Origin: Trichoplax sp. H2
Taxonomy: Eukaryota
DNA length: 64,000 nt
Reading direction: 5' to 3'
Assembly (NCBI GenBank): GCA_003344405.1
Contig: NOWV01000029.1
Location: forward strand, 62,001 to 126,000
In this document: positions 12,235 to 27,472 of the stretch, in pieces
Position numbering within the stretch: position 1 is the stretch's first letter
Layout of the letters: each line of letters starts with the position of its first letter
Made by a program: the position numbers and the translations under genes
The notes under the pieces: model-generated
Told to the model about the DNA's origin: nothing
Databases searched by the model: none
What the model saw: only the letters and a program-made list of their open reading frames with translations

Positions 12235-15200
12235 TTGACGAATAAACAAGGCATCGACATAGAGATATCGGTTGTAACTGTTAGAGACCTTAGAGTTTTA
12301 TCATCGATCAAGATGTTGTTTCTGTAAATTATTCTTCTAATTAACCTAAACTAAAATTACACTTTCGTGTTATTAATTGATCTATTCCATACGGCGTAAT
12401 AATGGAACAAGCTGAATTTTCAAATCAACTTTAAAGCTTATCTTGTGACATTCTAACGTCAACTATTTCATTTATATGATATGCTAGTATCTTAGCCGTG
12501 TAGACACGCTTTTATATCTAATCAAGTAGAATGTCTAGGAACTACTTGCAAAATTTCTTGTATTAATGGCTGCTATGCTTGTATACTGTAAAACTTTTTA
12601 GTTACTTTTCACAATTTTATCGTTATTATAAAGACTACGGTTATATTTATAGATTCTCGTTGCTTCCAATAATGATAATAATGTCTTCTTTTAACCCTAG
12701 ATTATTTTGGTTTAAAGGATCACATACGATATTATTGACAAGCATATAACTTGACAAATAGCACCAGTGCATTATTTCACCTAGCATATTAGTAGCTCGC
12801 TATATCTTATCATATAATTGCTTATAGAAATAATTCTGCGTGTGAGTACATTCTGTTATGCTTAAGCTGAGTATCTTTCAATTATTTATTTTATGATTGT
12901 TTACAATTTAGCTATTAAGCTGATATTTTTCGATCAATTTAAATAGCTCATTAATATATGATTCTAGAAATACAGTAGCAATATTCTCCTACAAATGTTA
13001 AACTAAGAATCTATAGCAAAGTTTATTTGATCATAAAATGTAGTTCAATTCTTAAAGCATCATCTTTATTAACGGCAATGTATAACCCGTTTTACCGTTA
13101 TTTTAAATTTGTGTAATTTTTAGATAATATTAGTGGTACACTAATACTTGGTCCGTCTAATTATAATCTGTAAGCTTATACAATTATTATAATATTTTAA
13201 AACTTTAAGTTTTAAATCCACTTCCAAATCTTGTCAGTGTGTATATCTTATTAACTAATGTCGCCCTGAATTACTAGGCTATAGCTGCTTGGTTCTATTT
13301 TTTCAATTATCTTCGTAACAATTCATCCATCATAATGCCTTTCAAAGTCTATCTTGCAGGAATGATAAATTAATTTTGTTTTTGTACTCGAATATTGTTA
13401 CTGTTGTTATCTTCTATAAATCAGATTTAGCTAGAATTAAGCTATTTCAATTCAATACCAAGCTAATTTGTTTAGTTTATGACTATGCTTCCTGCATTAT
13501 AAAAACTTATTCGAATAATGGTAATTTTAAATGTTGAAAATGATCATAAATAATTTTTAGTATATGACTAAAAAGTATGAGAATATGAACTACAGCGGTA
13601 TTCGATCAAGTAAGGAATACCAATCTGTTAATTAGACGAAATATAAAATCTAAGAATTAATTGAAAACTATGGATTACCTTCAAAATTGGGATCATTTCT
13701 TTGCAACTGTTATTTTTCTTATCTTTGGCTTATTACTGCATTAAGATTTGATTCATTCTTTAGAAAACGGTCAGATATAAACTAAGTACCATGCCTTAAT
13801 TTAAAATCTTAAATTTGCGTTACGTTCTGACATTGTTGTTTGTTCTGCTTATGTTTGATTATGGTTTTTCTCGCTTATGGGTTTGATCTTTGCTCTTTAC
13901 AATAAACTGCTTAAAAATCGAATTCTACAACATATTTGCTAGCCATTATTTTTAAATAATATGGTAATTACTTGTAAATCTTCTGCTTACGTCATTATAC
14001 TTTAATTCATTAATGTTCGCATATTAAATTATTGTTTTATTTCTTTCAATTTGATCAAATTTCATCATTAATTCTATAATTAACGTCACGAAAACAAAAA
14101 TGATAGCAGTATTAGACTACTTATAAACTAAATAAACATGTATAAGTAATAAATGGGTGTTACTTATCAATCATCCACCTATGACGGAGTTAACTAGGAA
14201 TAGACAAATCTATTGACATCATATTCCTAAATTAATGATAACATTGTAGACTGTGTATTTATAAAACCTGTACTTATAATTATTAAGTTAATAATATCGA
14301 TCATCTACAATCTATTTAGATGGAAAGCAGGCCAAATTGCTAGCATCATTGATGCAAAATATTTACAGTATTCTAAAGCCACATACTATATAGGTTTTAT
14401 AAACATTTATGACTTTCAAATTCCTAATCCTAACCATCCATGACTCAATTAGTTAAATAGTACAGTAAAACTGTAAATCTGAAAATAATAGCACAAGAGA
14501 CTATACAACCAGAATATAAAAGCAAAAATTTGTAATTTTAAATCAATAATAGTTCCGATCTTATACAACATCATTTATTAAAATACCGACTAATCTAATA
14601 GATTGGATTCTCATTTCATTTTAATCGCGTTTATATTATCGAAATGTATGAATAATTTAGCTGAAATTATCGTAGCAGAGACTAAATGTTATTTATTATG
14701 TTCAACATTGTTGTCAACTATACGACGAAAGATTTGGAATATAGAGTGAATAATCTGCAATGAACGGTCGTAATAATTACATTTTCAGAGTATTTTGTTC
14801 TAAAGATTGTCAACTACAACGATTTGCAATTATCAGCGAATAAGCATCCATATCAATGTAAATATACTTTTGCCAACTCATTTACTATAAGTCTGAAATT
14901 GCTTATATTGCCGATTTGTGTTCAAGTTATGTATGACATATAGCAAAAAAAAGTACATTCAATTAAGATCCAAGTAATAACTATAAATTTATTATTTATA
15001 ACAATAGCTGCAAAATTCGTTAAACCATAGTTACCAATGAATCGACTTATATAATTGTCTTCTATAATGTCAAGGAAACCACTACATAATATTTGTTTTA
15101 TTAATACTAAATAATTTTAAAATAGATTTGAAGCTTTATTATAAGGGTGCAACTAAGTATGGGGCTAGAGCCAGGAATTAGAACAATGCATTACTGCTTT

Positions 15201-17454
15201 TTTAATTATTTACAATAACATTGAAAATTATTCATTTTAAAACAGCTATACTTGATGAAATATATTTATTATAATATAAGATACTACGTCAATCAGTGTA
15301 TAGTTGCTATAAAATTATAAATGTAATCATCATAAATATTAATTGGAAAAGAAATGTAGATGACTGTTATTACATAGAACATTTACCCTAAAATCGTTAC
15401 CGTATCTCCTATTGGTACAGAATTATTAAAATATTGTATAAATCAATCAATAAAGAACTCAATAAAGAAATTTATTTATACTGAAAGGTAGTAAAGCATA
15501 ATAATAATTATACATCTAAGCTTCCAAAAATCAATTGATCAATCGAACATAAGATTAATGTACCAAAATTTATGCATTAAAAGGTATTTAATAGTTCATT
15601 AATTGCAAAGATTTCATTAATTTTTAACAGCAATTCTACTTATTTCTGTCATTAATTCTATAAAGATACTAAATAAAACTTTAAATGCATGTTAATCAAT
15701 AATTTTATAAGAAATTTTCAAGTACCAGTCGAAAGATAGACAGATAGTTTTCAAAATATCTTCTAGTAGTTATCATTTAGCGCTAAACAACAAAGCATAC
15801 TATTTTCTATTTTGAGAATGTGCTGTTCAGAAACAGGGAATTTTATAATTTTACCTAATCATTATCGCAATTATTGATTAATCTTAAAGAAAGAATTTTC
15901 ATGAGTCACGAGAGAAAAACTATGTAGTCATATCTACCAGGATAAATAAATCTAATAGTCTAATAAGAAGCCAATCGCCATACTGCTGTGATGAAATCTT
16001 GTTTAGTTTTAGCTAAAGTACATTTTCATCAGCAAACCTCATGATAGCTAGTTCTAATCATGCAAAATTCATGGCTTTGATATTCCAAATCTAATTATAC
16101 ACAAGGACATGTACACGTTGTGACTAAAATATTTTGTAGCTTTTCTCCATATGTGAAATAAACGAAAATTATCGATACCCAATAAGTAATGCAACGATAC
16201 AATCAAGATGACACATTCTGCTTAATTAATCTAAAACTCCAGGATAATACAATCCACATCATGGTATTGTAGCCTACCAATACACATGAGTAAGAATGCC
16301 CATCCATATTAATGCAAGTCTTGCCGTGCAAGGACAGAACTAGTCTAACTAGTACCGTCCACTAAAGATGGTATCTTCTATACATACATCTGCTGACTAT
16401 AGTTAGAACAATCGATACGGTATCTCGCCTACTTCGTATTAATGATAACCAAAACTTGTCATTCATTCCTCCCCTTACAATCTTTAAATTATTAATGTGT
16501 GTCAAATATGATTTAACTATCGAGGATTTTTTATGGACTTACTAGGTTAGGCCATCAAAAATTCTTCAACAGTCGTACTTTTACAGTGGCAATACCTAAA
16601 CTGTAAAGTATATTTTCCTACGTACTACACGCTACGATACGTAAACAAATGATTTGATTAAAAGGTTATAATTTAAATTACTATGTAAGATCACATACAA
16701 GTATACGAGTATTTTACACTGCTATATTTCTAACATACACACATCTATATCTGCGTAGCATGTATACAGTGGAACGAGTAGCTAGTCGCGGAACAAGTAG
16801 AGCTAAGTAACTTAATAATATCTCAGCTTCTTCTAACATCAGGTAAATATGTTACACTCACAGTTTTAATTTTAGTATTTTAATGTAGCAAGTTATCGTT
16901 TATTATTCGCTCTGGAGCAAAAAATTTTCATCTCATGAGCTACTAATTTATCAATAATTCCTTATAGCCGTCAAAATTTTGCTGTAATATTTCAAAATCT
17001 GCTGTATAATCTGGGTTAAATAGTCTTAACTCCATTAGGATAGCACAAACATATTATCATTCCACAACATATACTATGGTAGATTGCAATCCTGAATTAA
17101 CTTTTTAAAGCTAATATTATAGCCCTATAAAATTTAATTTAATGCTTGCATATAAATTACCTGTAACATACACACCCCCAATATGTATAGTACACTACGG
17201 AACATATAGTAGAACCAGGCGTAGCCAAGCAAGCTCGATGCTATGACAAGTGATAATTATCTAGGATCATATTCAAACTTAAATAAATATTTAACGTTGA
17301 CAAACTTTAATATTCGCAGCTTGCTCTTATAATTGATCACTTACTACGCTTTCTAGAGCAGGAAATCTTATATTTTTATTGCCAAATTTAGATTATTCTT
17401 ACTGGGTGTCCGACGTAACGCATGCGTGACTATTGCAGACGCTAATTAGGCGCG

Positions 17455-17468
17455 GCTTCTATGGAAAC
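17455..17468 (+). promoter_or_regulatory. X-box (RFX)-like motif in CpG-rich putative CEP89 promoter
   Basis: GCTTCTATGGAAAC fits RYYNYY-WW-RRNRAC. It lies in a local CpG-rich patch (17405-17490) that also has the palindrome ACGCATGCGT, about 750 nt upstream of the CEP89 ATG. Confidence 0.5.
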
Positions 17469-18210
17469 CGTTGAGTAACGTGACCGTTAAAAACATAATA
17501 TAGGCCAAGCATCCATACATATGTCTATTTGACTGCTCAAATCGTAGGGATACTTTATAAAGAGGCATGAAAAGATTGTAATTGAAGACTATATTGGAAT
17601 AGTAAATTACTTTCATAGATAAATACAGCATTAGCTTTGATAGTGTTGAATTTACAACTGTGAAGACTTTCGAAGTTCCTTTGGTGGATCAATATTACAT
17701 GAAAATAAATGACGCAATTTTGCGACTGTTATGGTAGAAGATTCTCGCTATGTAAATTTATGTTAACAGACCAGTATTTAATCGCATAGATTTTTACATA
17801 GTTTTCTGATTCGATATTTCATCGATTGGTATTAGCCATTAAAAATTCGACATTAAAAGAGTAGTGTGCTCTACTTAACTTTAGTGATCGACAATTAACG
17901 TTACTATATTGAGGCCAAACTCTCACCCTACAATTAATTCTTGGTGATCCAGCAAGATAATTTCATTCAATTTAGAGTTGTTGTTAACATCTCTGGTATT
18001 TCAAACTTCATTTAAATTCAATATCAGTTTCAGTCCTCTATCATTTCTGGTGATCAGTGAACGCTTTCCTTGATTCCAGACTAGTAAAACTGCAAGTTTC
18101 TAACATTAATTATCAATTTACTACCTTTAGATGAAATGAATAACGCCTATAGGAGTATACAGTAACATTTTGAGTTGGGCGTTTAGATTGATAATCGTCA
18201 AAGCCTGCAA

Positions 18211-21200
18211 ATGAGTCGAAACTGGAGAGGATTATCAAAAAGGAAATCATCCGCTGCCGGTGGCCAACATGAAAAGATTGAAACACCTGCAGAAAGAGAA
18301 TTCAAAAATAGAAATAGAAAGGATAAGAAAAAGGATGGAGCGGGTAGCAAATTAGTAAGTACAAATTTTATACGGCTAGAAAGTACATCACTATCATATT
18401 CATCATTAACAACGGATAACAATTATAATAACCATATTCGGTTTAATAATGTTACATTAAGTTCGTTAAGAATGACTAAGGACAGTAATCACTTGAAATT
18501 ACAATAAATTCCATATTTTATCAACAAGCCACACACAATAAAACGTATGTTATTATGTAATGTAATGTTATATTACAGCACATTGTGATCTAAGACACTA
18601 GCTAGCTAATATAATTTATATAATCTGATGAATATTTCCGTTACTAAATTTTATATGGTTCATTGCTGAGTTTTAACTAAAATTAAGTAAAAAATGTCAT
18701 TCACAAGCTGAAATATAGCTAGAGTATATTTTACATATGTTCTTAGACTTATTGCTTGTTTGCAGTAAATTATGCTGCTATATAAGTAGACATCATGCAA
18801 TATAATTTTATTCCATTAATTTAGTGATCATTTTTAAAGCATATTAATAATCTCGAGCATCGTAGAAGTTTACAAATATCTATTCGCTAAACTTGAAGCA
18901 TTACATATAATGCAATCACTGAGCTGGTGCTGTATCTGCAGCTAACATTCTAAAATCTTTTAAATTTAAGATATACATTTATAAGTTATGGCTTTAATAA
19001 TACAATTCAACTTTTAAGACTTATCTTGCTGCTTCTTGACTTATACTTCAGTTTTAAAGTACTACTATATTGCTTGATTGACTCGATATGTAAGAATATT
19101 ATAAAAATCTGTAGCCTACACTGGCTGTCTTACTAACGTAAATCAATCAAGACTTTTATCATAACAGTTAGTTCTTTGTTTATAACTTAAATTTATATAA
19201 AGGAATCTTTACTTGTGTCTTGAGAATGCAATAAATATCATATTCAGTACTATTTGTGACTGTAAAAGGCCAGGCCAAAGATAACTCATCAATTTCACAT
19301 ATTGCACTCTTTAGACTTGGTATGAGAAAAACTAAAAACATACCATTTCTTTCCTATCCAAGTATTGAATTAGCGGATAACTATATTTAGTAGTATTCAT
19401 CATAGTATTCATCATAGTATTCGTCAAAGTAGAGAATAAATTATGGCAAACAGCCTTCCTTTTAGTTTAAGACCGCTAGATATTATTATCTTTACCCATT
19501 GCCAGTAGAAACAAATCGACTTTGAACGATCATAACCTTCAGCGATAATCTTACAAATTGAATTTTCAAGTTACAGAATTATTTATTAATATTAAAAAAC
19601 TTTAGTAAACAGCTTATTATTATAGTATTGAAAAGAGTTTAAAAGCAAAAAAATAGAGACAAAAAATGCTATAAAATCTAATCTAGACAGAGTTTATTAC
19701 TTCATCCAAGATAAATAGTGAGCTAAAGTTACAAGCTAAAAACTATGAAAGATAAATGAAAATAATATTTCAATTTTATCAAGCTAATTTTATTTTGTTT
19801 TTAAAACTCAATTAACTTCATTATCGTAAAGTATAGGCAGTGATATCTGCAAATTTTCTAAGTAACCATTACCAGGATAAACTTCTGGGCCACTGATTTT
19901 CTGATGGCAGCGAAGATAATAAATTATAATAATAATTTTCCTAAATAATTTCTTAGAGTAAACTGGTTCATTCGTTGAAACCAAGGAATTCATTCCTATC
20001 TCCTAATCATAATAAAGAGATTCAAGAAAAAGAAAAGGAAAGTAATAATCAATCACCAAATGGAGAAATTGAAAATAATGATTCTAGAAAAGACTATAAC
20101 CAAGATGTAACTACGCCGGGTACTAGTGGTATACAGCAAGATGACGATGATAGCAATAGCTATAGTGACGATCATAATGATGATTATGGAGGGAAAATGA
20201 AATTGTCACCAAGTAATCATAATTATACCAGCTCCATTAATCCTTTAGCAGTTAATGAGGAAATAGCTGAACATCAAAACGCTCCCTCGCAATCAGCGAA
20301 TAGAGATGGTGAATCCCCTTACACTCGAATACGAGATCTACCAAATATAAAACATGACGATTCTGATAATAGTGACGAGGATATAAATAATGATTCTAAT
20401 CAGTATGCACAGCGAAAGCTTAGCTTCATGTCAACTAGAGCAAGACAGGTGAATAAAAAAATGAGTTAAACTTATACTAGTGTAGAAATATCATCTAAAG
20501 CCAGAATGGTAATGAGCGAGCGACACTTTCAATATGGAAATTCTTATACTTCGGTAATATCAATTTAATAAATTTTTAGGCATCTCCCTCAAATAGTGGC
20601 GATGAGTATGATCCTGGAAAAATTGTCCCAAGCAGCAATACTGGCAGCCATCCATCAAGAACTTCCATGATCAGTAAAAATAATAATCTTAATCCCGATC
20701 CGATGTATGCAACGGTCAATAAAAATAGTAACCGAATGTTGGTAAGTAAATCAAAGGCCTTGAGTTATACTTAATAATAGTAATTGTATCCCTCACTATC
20801 ATCAAAAATACCAGAGTAAGTTCATGACATACTCATTTATTGGTAGTAAATAGATTAAAACTTTTTATGATGATATACTAGTGTTTTTACTTGAACTAAT
20901 AGTAAAGTAGACATATACGAGTATGTTCATATTATCGACGACTAGCTTTTAAGATAAATTAAATAACGGTATAATCAACTACTATAAGTTAAAACAAGAA
21001 ATTGAAGGAGGAAACTATTAAATTATAGCTGTAAAAAAAATTGTTTTCAACGCAACTCGAGGGCCGATGCAATCTTGAAACACTTTACTATTGGCAGTAA
21101 CTATTATGTAATAGAGAACTGCTAAAATGAGTTTTACTACTGTTGTATAAGGATATTTCAGGGCGTTAGATATTTTTATGTAAGGTAGACAATCAACAAT

Positions 21201-24200
21201 TAATATTAATTATTACGTTATGGCAAAATTATCGAAATGAATTATAATACCGTAGCATAGCTACATAGAATTGCAGCTATAACCAAGGATAGCAATTCAT
21301 GACGTTAGACAGTTTAATCTCGTCAATACTATACAGTAGTAAAGTGTTGAAATGAATTATACAACCGTTGCTCATATATAATTTTAGCTATAATCAAAAC
21401 TATTATCTTATAATTTTAGACATTTCCATCTGGTAGAGTAAAGTAAAATAAGAGTAGTAACCAAATTGATTTAAACAAGATATTGAATCACTCAGTAAAG
21501 TAAAATTCTAGTTAATACTGTGTAGATTGTTTCAGTATAAAAATTTCTAACCATAAATAGGATGCTAGGTCATTCTAACAGGCAATTCTTTCCAGTCTAG
21601 CAAACTAGAACGGAGTTATTATTCAGCTGATCTAAATATGACTCTTTTGCTTTCCTAGAAACAATTAACTGTAGAATCTAATGCTAGCGATTTTACAAAT
21701 GTAACTAGCCGCATAAGTTCCGATAGTAGTGAAGAAAGCCAAAGTGATGAAGCTGATGGCGTGAGAGAACGAGGTAGTCTATTCGATCCTTCGAACTCTA
21801 TTCAAAACTATTAGGCAGATATTAATCAAGAACTAACCTCTAATTTATTGCTTCTTTTATATTAATGAAAATATAACCCGCAATCAACACAAATATATGC
21901 TACAACATGCAATTAGGAATAATAGAAAAGAATAGAAGAAATTCGGGCTCACCAACTAAACGTGATGCAATTTTAATTTCTAACAAAACTGGTAATGATC
22001 CCATAGATGAAAAATATGCTCACTCTGAAACTTCAGAAGAGGCTTACACCCAACCTCAAGTCCTTCCTAACCAAAGAGTAACTACTCTAGTAGATAAAAA
22101 CAAATCGAAACACGGTGCAAATAGTGTCGATGCTACACCAGCAGAGAACAAGAAATTTGGGCGAAAGTCATCACATAGCTTAACATCATCACTATCTAAT
22201 TTTTTTTCATCGGCTTTATCTGGTATTCATAATGATCGAAATTCTGTCAGTAGCCCCGTATCACGCAATCCTAGCCAAATTTTCACCGATTATGATGGAC
22301 GAAAACGTAAAGGTGATGCACCTACCATATCTACAACGAATCGTGGACGACATCTGAGGAAATCTGATTCATTGGAATACAGTAAGTTATCGTTACTTAC
22401 ACGCACATACCATATTTCTATCTACTAAACATCTTTACAACATTACTTTTAAGATGATTTTACTATCGATAGTTCACCAAGAATGGGAATGAGGTTGGTT
22501 TTTATTAACGTCAATTTTTCAATAGAATAACTTCCAAATTATCTTAACACTAATATTATAATTTATAGGGGAATGGAATCCGAAATTATATTATCGCTAG
22601 AAAGGCAAATTAGAGACGTAGAATCGGAGAATAAACAGCTGAAAGACACGAATTCCATGTTACAGAAAGAATTAAGTAATCGTTCCCTACCATTAGCAGA
22701 AGAGAGTAAGTTATTTAATAAAAATATTGAAATGATACTTAAGTATTTAAAAAGGAACAGTTTCCATTAAAGAGTGTTGACTATCTATCCTAGATATTAA
22801 ATCTGAGTTGATCAACTCTGATCTAAAACAAGATAACGAATTTTTAAAAGTATTAGGTAAGAAAGATTTAGTAACGACGTTCTTACGATCATATTATGTA
22901 CAAGTATTCCTAATTTTTTCTAACTCTTCATCACTATGCTGGAATAGAATTTAAAATTTACTTTACTTACCTTAACAGTCCATAAATTAAACCAAGAACT
23001 CGAACGTTATAAAATGAAACAAGCTGAAAGTGAAACGGGAAGTCAAGACTTACTGGTAACTAAATATAGTAATTATATTATAAGCTGTAATTCTTTACTC
23101 TATCGATGTGCTATTTATTCTCATCTTTAAATTCATTCGTTGTTTACTTTAAGAAATAGCTATCGTAGAAGTACCGATACAATTTTTCTCCTATTACTAA
23201 TCCGATGTTATGATATTACAGACGGAGAAAATCAATGCAGAAGATAAGCGACTGGTTGAAATTAAATCTAGAAAGAAGGATCATTTACTTAAAACTTTTT
23301 CGGTTAGTTATTGAATTTAAATCACGATTATTGCAAAGTACAGCACAGCAGTGGATAACTTATTCAAAGCAATTGACATAAAATCTAATATAGGAAGAAG
23401 TAAAGGTATTAAAAGAGCAAATTGAAGACTTGGTGAGCGAAAATAAAGCATTACGAGAGGTAACATAAATCGAAAGTTAACCTTAAACAGTCGACAATTT
23501 TATATCATTAATGGTGAAATCAAATTTTATGGCTATCATTATGACAGGAATTGGTAACGATCAATGCAACAACTGCTCCAGTTAGTATATCAGATTGGTA
23601 AGAAATGATAGGGTCCTTGCGTTTATATCGTGCTTAGGATCACGAGCTATGCTGTTATAATAACTACGGTGATTACTTTTATTTAAGGAATCAAATACAA
23701 GAACAAGCACAGCTCGTTTTACAGGAAAACTCTGTTTTAAAGGATAGACAAGCATCATCTGAAAGTAATTTACAGGAAATTACAAGAAAATATGCTGAAC
23801 AAAGTATGAAATTTTTAAAGAATCTATTTGAGTTGTAAGCAATCAGCAGATGATCAATTTTAGTCTACTTTGCAATACAAGTTTGATTGATAGCTTTAAA
23901 TGTCAGATGAGATTATTTTTGGACATTCTTGCAATTATGGGATCGTAGAAAGCAGATAGAGGATAATCAGAGTCCATTTGCAGCAGAGCAGCTTTTATGA
24001 TAAATAGAATTGAGTCTACTTTAGATGCAATTATTTCCGATATTCTAGCCCGTGTGACACAATATTAATCATGTAGTAGAGAAGATCTTTAGATTTTTGT
24101 TGAGGCAGAGCAATTGTTATAAATAGAGTATTTAAATCTATTCCATTAGTGTGCATAAATTATTCTAATATCAAGTAGATTGTAGCCAAGATATTAGAAA

Positions 24201-26735
24201 GGCACCAGATGTCAATAATTCTAACAAATGAAATACCTTACATTAAGTAAAATTAAAGCCATCATTCCTTCAAAGGAGAGCTTTCAAAAGAGCATTATCT
24301 GGTTATTGAGCCATCATGGTATTAATTGCATAGCCAACAGAATAATTAGAATATATTTTATATAAAGAAAATTAATCCTAGTAAATGAAGTATTTAACAT
24401 CTGATTAAGTTCAGTATCGTCATATGAAATCACATAATATTATTAGGATCATAGAATATTTCAATGAAGGCTGATCGATGTAGAATAGTTTTTATATATT
24501 AGTTCTGTAGCGTAAGTTTAAGTCAGGCAACCCAATTAGTAACTATGCATTGGCTTTAGATATTACTTTTGGAATAAATAACGGTACCTAATTTCATACT
24601 CTAATTCGTAAATTGAATCTCTCCTTATAGCTTTTACTTTTTCCTTCGTCCTGTAATAACTAACATTTTCAGCCCAATTTCTTCTGCTCAATTTTGAATA
24701 TTTTGCAATATTAATTCTATTGGTGGATTAAATTTATTTCTAGTTGATTGCCTCAATCAGAATATTCAAGACTTAAAAGATAAAATATTAGAGATTGAAT
24801 CCAGACCCGACAAACGAAATGAAATGCTACTACAGAAATATGAAAAATTAATTGCCGTGTCTGATAAGAAAATTGATACTCATGAACATTTGAGGATTAT
24901 AGAAGAAAAAAATAGGTAATTCTAGTCACAATTTCATAAACTTACCGTTGTTTCTGATCACTGTAGGCAAGATAATATAACATAATACTGTATAATTACA
25001 TTACATGCATTTAATATAAAGGTCTATGATCGAATTGCAAACGGAATATAACAAAATTATAACGGAATTAAAAAATGACATCCAGGTAATTTTAAACGTA
25101 CCATAGTAGTAGTTAAGAATCGTAACCATTCTGTAATTGAATATTGGCTATCCTCCATATCATCGTTTTCTATCTCTAACTGATATTGAATTCTTTTTAT
25201 TGCAGTCTGAAAAGAGGGAAAAGCGGGCTTTAACTCTACAATTAATTGGTAGTTTTTCTTACTTACAATCAATACCTATAGTAGTTTATCTATTAACACT
25301 AAATTAGTATATTTCAAGCCATGTCATTACCCAATTTAGAGACTACAGAAGCTGCCGAACAATTACAAAAAGTAGTGAAATTATCACGATCAGAAATTGG
25401 GTAATACAATCTAAAATTGGCCTGAATATTCATAATGCTACAATTGCTCAGCAATTTAAATTGTGTTCATTGTTGCATAATCCTGTTGAGCAAATGGCAT
25501 AATTTACTTTGAATTTATAGTCCCAAATTTCTACATTGTAGTCTAGATATCATAGTGTATTTTAATATTGTTGAGTTAATCGAGTTCGTACGGGTATATT
25601 GACGACTTTAGGAAAATCTAATAGAAAATGTAGTTACTCAAGATTTACTGATAATATTCATCTTTTAGAAAAAGCCAAAAGAAAATCATTGTATTAAGTA
25701 AAAAGTTAGATTTAGCCGAAGAAAAGGCAATGCTAACTACATCCAATCTAGCTGATCTTCTCAAAGTGGTCAGTTGTCATTTTCTTCTAAGTTATTATAA
25801 TTTGATACCGTGTAAAATTGTCTGGGAATCACCAATGTTAACTTATCTGTTAGGCTGAAAAAACCACCTTCGAAAGAGATTTAATCGCTACAAAGGTTAT
25901 CGTTCAATCGATATTATTCTCCCGTAACCTAGGTTATCAATTAGTTGTTCTAGCCTTACTTTGAATTCTCATGCCCATTTATATTGATGTTAATAGGCCA
26001 AGAAACACCGAGAAAATTATGAAAAAGCCCAGCGCCAGGTTCAAGAAGGCCATCTGGAAATTAATAAATTGGAACAAAAACTTCGGGTACTTGATCTGTA
26101 ATGGTTTCGATATACTCTCTAGAGCTAATTTTGTTGGTAAAAAATGCACTGCTAGAGCCTTTAATTAATACTAACTAGAATATAAAATTCATTTCCTAAT
26201 ATAGCGCTATGAAATTACAACCTATCAGAAATTGGATAAGGCTGCAAATAAGTACGTTGATATTTTATTTCATTGAACTCCAATAAGCTAATTGAAATAA
26301 GACTATCCTACAAATAAATGAAATTTGATATTCACTGCACAATAACAATTTCCTTCTCTATTTTATATCTTAAGGCTGGCCAAGCAAGACATGATTCATG
26401 GTGAAAAATTTATCGAATATCAGTATGAAATTGATCGTTTACAAGAATTGGTCAAGAATAAAGATGTCCAACTTGATTCTCTTCTAGACCAAAAATGGTA
26501 TGATTTCTAGTTTTGAGACTGTGAATAAAAATTTATTCGCAGAGACAGCAGCGAACTCATTCCGCTCTCAAAAGGAAATATTAAGCTAGCTGATAGACAA
26601 AACCTATAAAATCGCAAGAAGGAATTGATTATTTCCTTTCAATATTAAACTAATAGGAAAGTTGAACGACAACTTGATAACTTATGGTACGCAGCTACTA
26701 ATGATACTGATAGAATTCCTTTGAAAAATCAATAA
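18211..26735 (+). CDS. CEP89: Centrosomal protein CEP89 (CCDC123/CEP123) ortholog, 23 exons, about 942 aa
   Basis: Phase-consistent GT-AG exons: 18211-18354, 19957-20448, 20580-20741, 21659-21773, 21917-22381, 22454-22493, 22569-22705, 22794-22856, 22979-23055, 23222-23302, 23394-23459, 23548-23597, 23688-23803, 24744-24915, 25022-25085, 25206-25248, 25340-25400, 25669-25768, 25854-25895, 25997-26086, 26205-26251, 26375-26497, 26657-26735. Coiled-coil motifs match CEP89 as I recall it: VHKLNQELERY, WNQIQEQAQLVLQEN, KSQKKIIVL, AEKTTFERD, VERQLDNLW. The N-terminal low-complexity exons are less certain. Confidence 0.82.
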
Positions 26736-27405
26736 GTCATGACTACCAAGAGTGCCAATGGATCATTCTCCGGAAGATGGATTGGATTTTCTTCCATTTA
26801 AGAAAATGAAAGTATAGAATGAGAATTATTTCAATCCATAGTAGTATTCTTATCGCATTCTTGAGTTGATCATATTAAAAATTTGTATAAGTTATTTTCG
26901 AAATGAATTTCAATAAAAAATAATTGTAAAATGGATGAAGAAAACTGTAAATAAGATTTGATCAATCAAAACTATAGTATAAAAGAGTTCTTGTATTATG
27001 AGAGTGTCACAAACTTATGTTGCGAATTACTACACTAAACTAATAGATTATTTATGCCTTGCTCCACTACACCTGGAGATCTACTGTATGGTAGTTCTTT
27101 ACTACTTTCGGTCACACTGGGATAAGACTGTTCTAAAAGATTAGTATAGTTTTTATTAGTAGAGTAGCCGAGTACCTTATCGTACACGATCTAATAAGGA
27201 ACTCAGGAACTGAGCATTCGCTCGTCCTTTTATACCATTCCACTAAATTTATGGTGCACACATAGTAACTTGACAATATAAGATTTACATGGTTTGTATA
27301 GGAGGACAAGCCTCAATAAACTATATAGTTTACTATAGATACAAGCACGTAAACAACTTTAATTAGCAATAACTAATTAATATCCAATTATACCCTTGAG
27401 GCTCT

Positions 27406-27472
27406 GCACGATAATCACGATAATCGCACGATAAATGCGCGATAATCGCACGATAAATGCATGATAATCGCG
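27406..27472. repeat. Short tandem array of (g)cacGATAA(a)t units, 6 copies
   Basis: gcacgataat-cacgataat-cgcacgataaat-gcgcgataat-cgcacgataaat-gcatgataat. Confidence 0.85.

Noticed and set aside
12232..12327. 30-codon open frame after the PRRT-like stop (readthrough?)
   Set aside because: TAG-TTG is not a recognised readthrough context and no conservation evidence is available.
22966..22978. U12-branch-like CCTTAAC at a CEP89 acceptor
   Set aside because: The donor is gtaaga (U2-type) and the motif overlaps the acceptor, too close to be a branch site.
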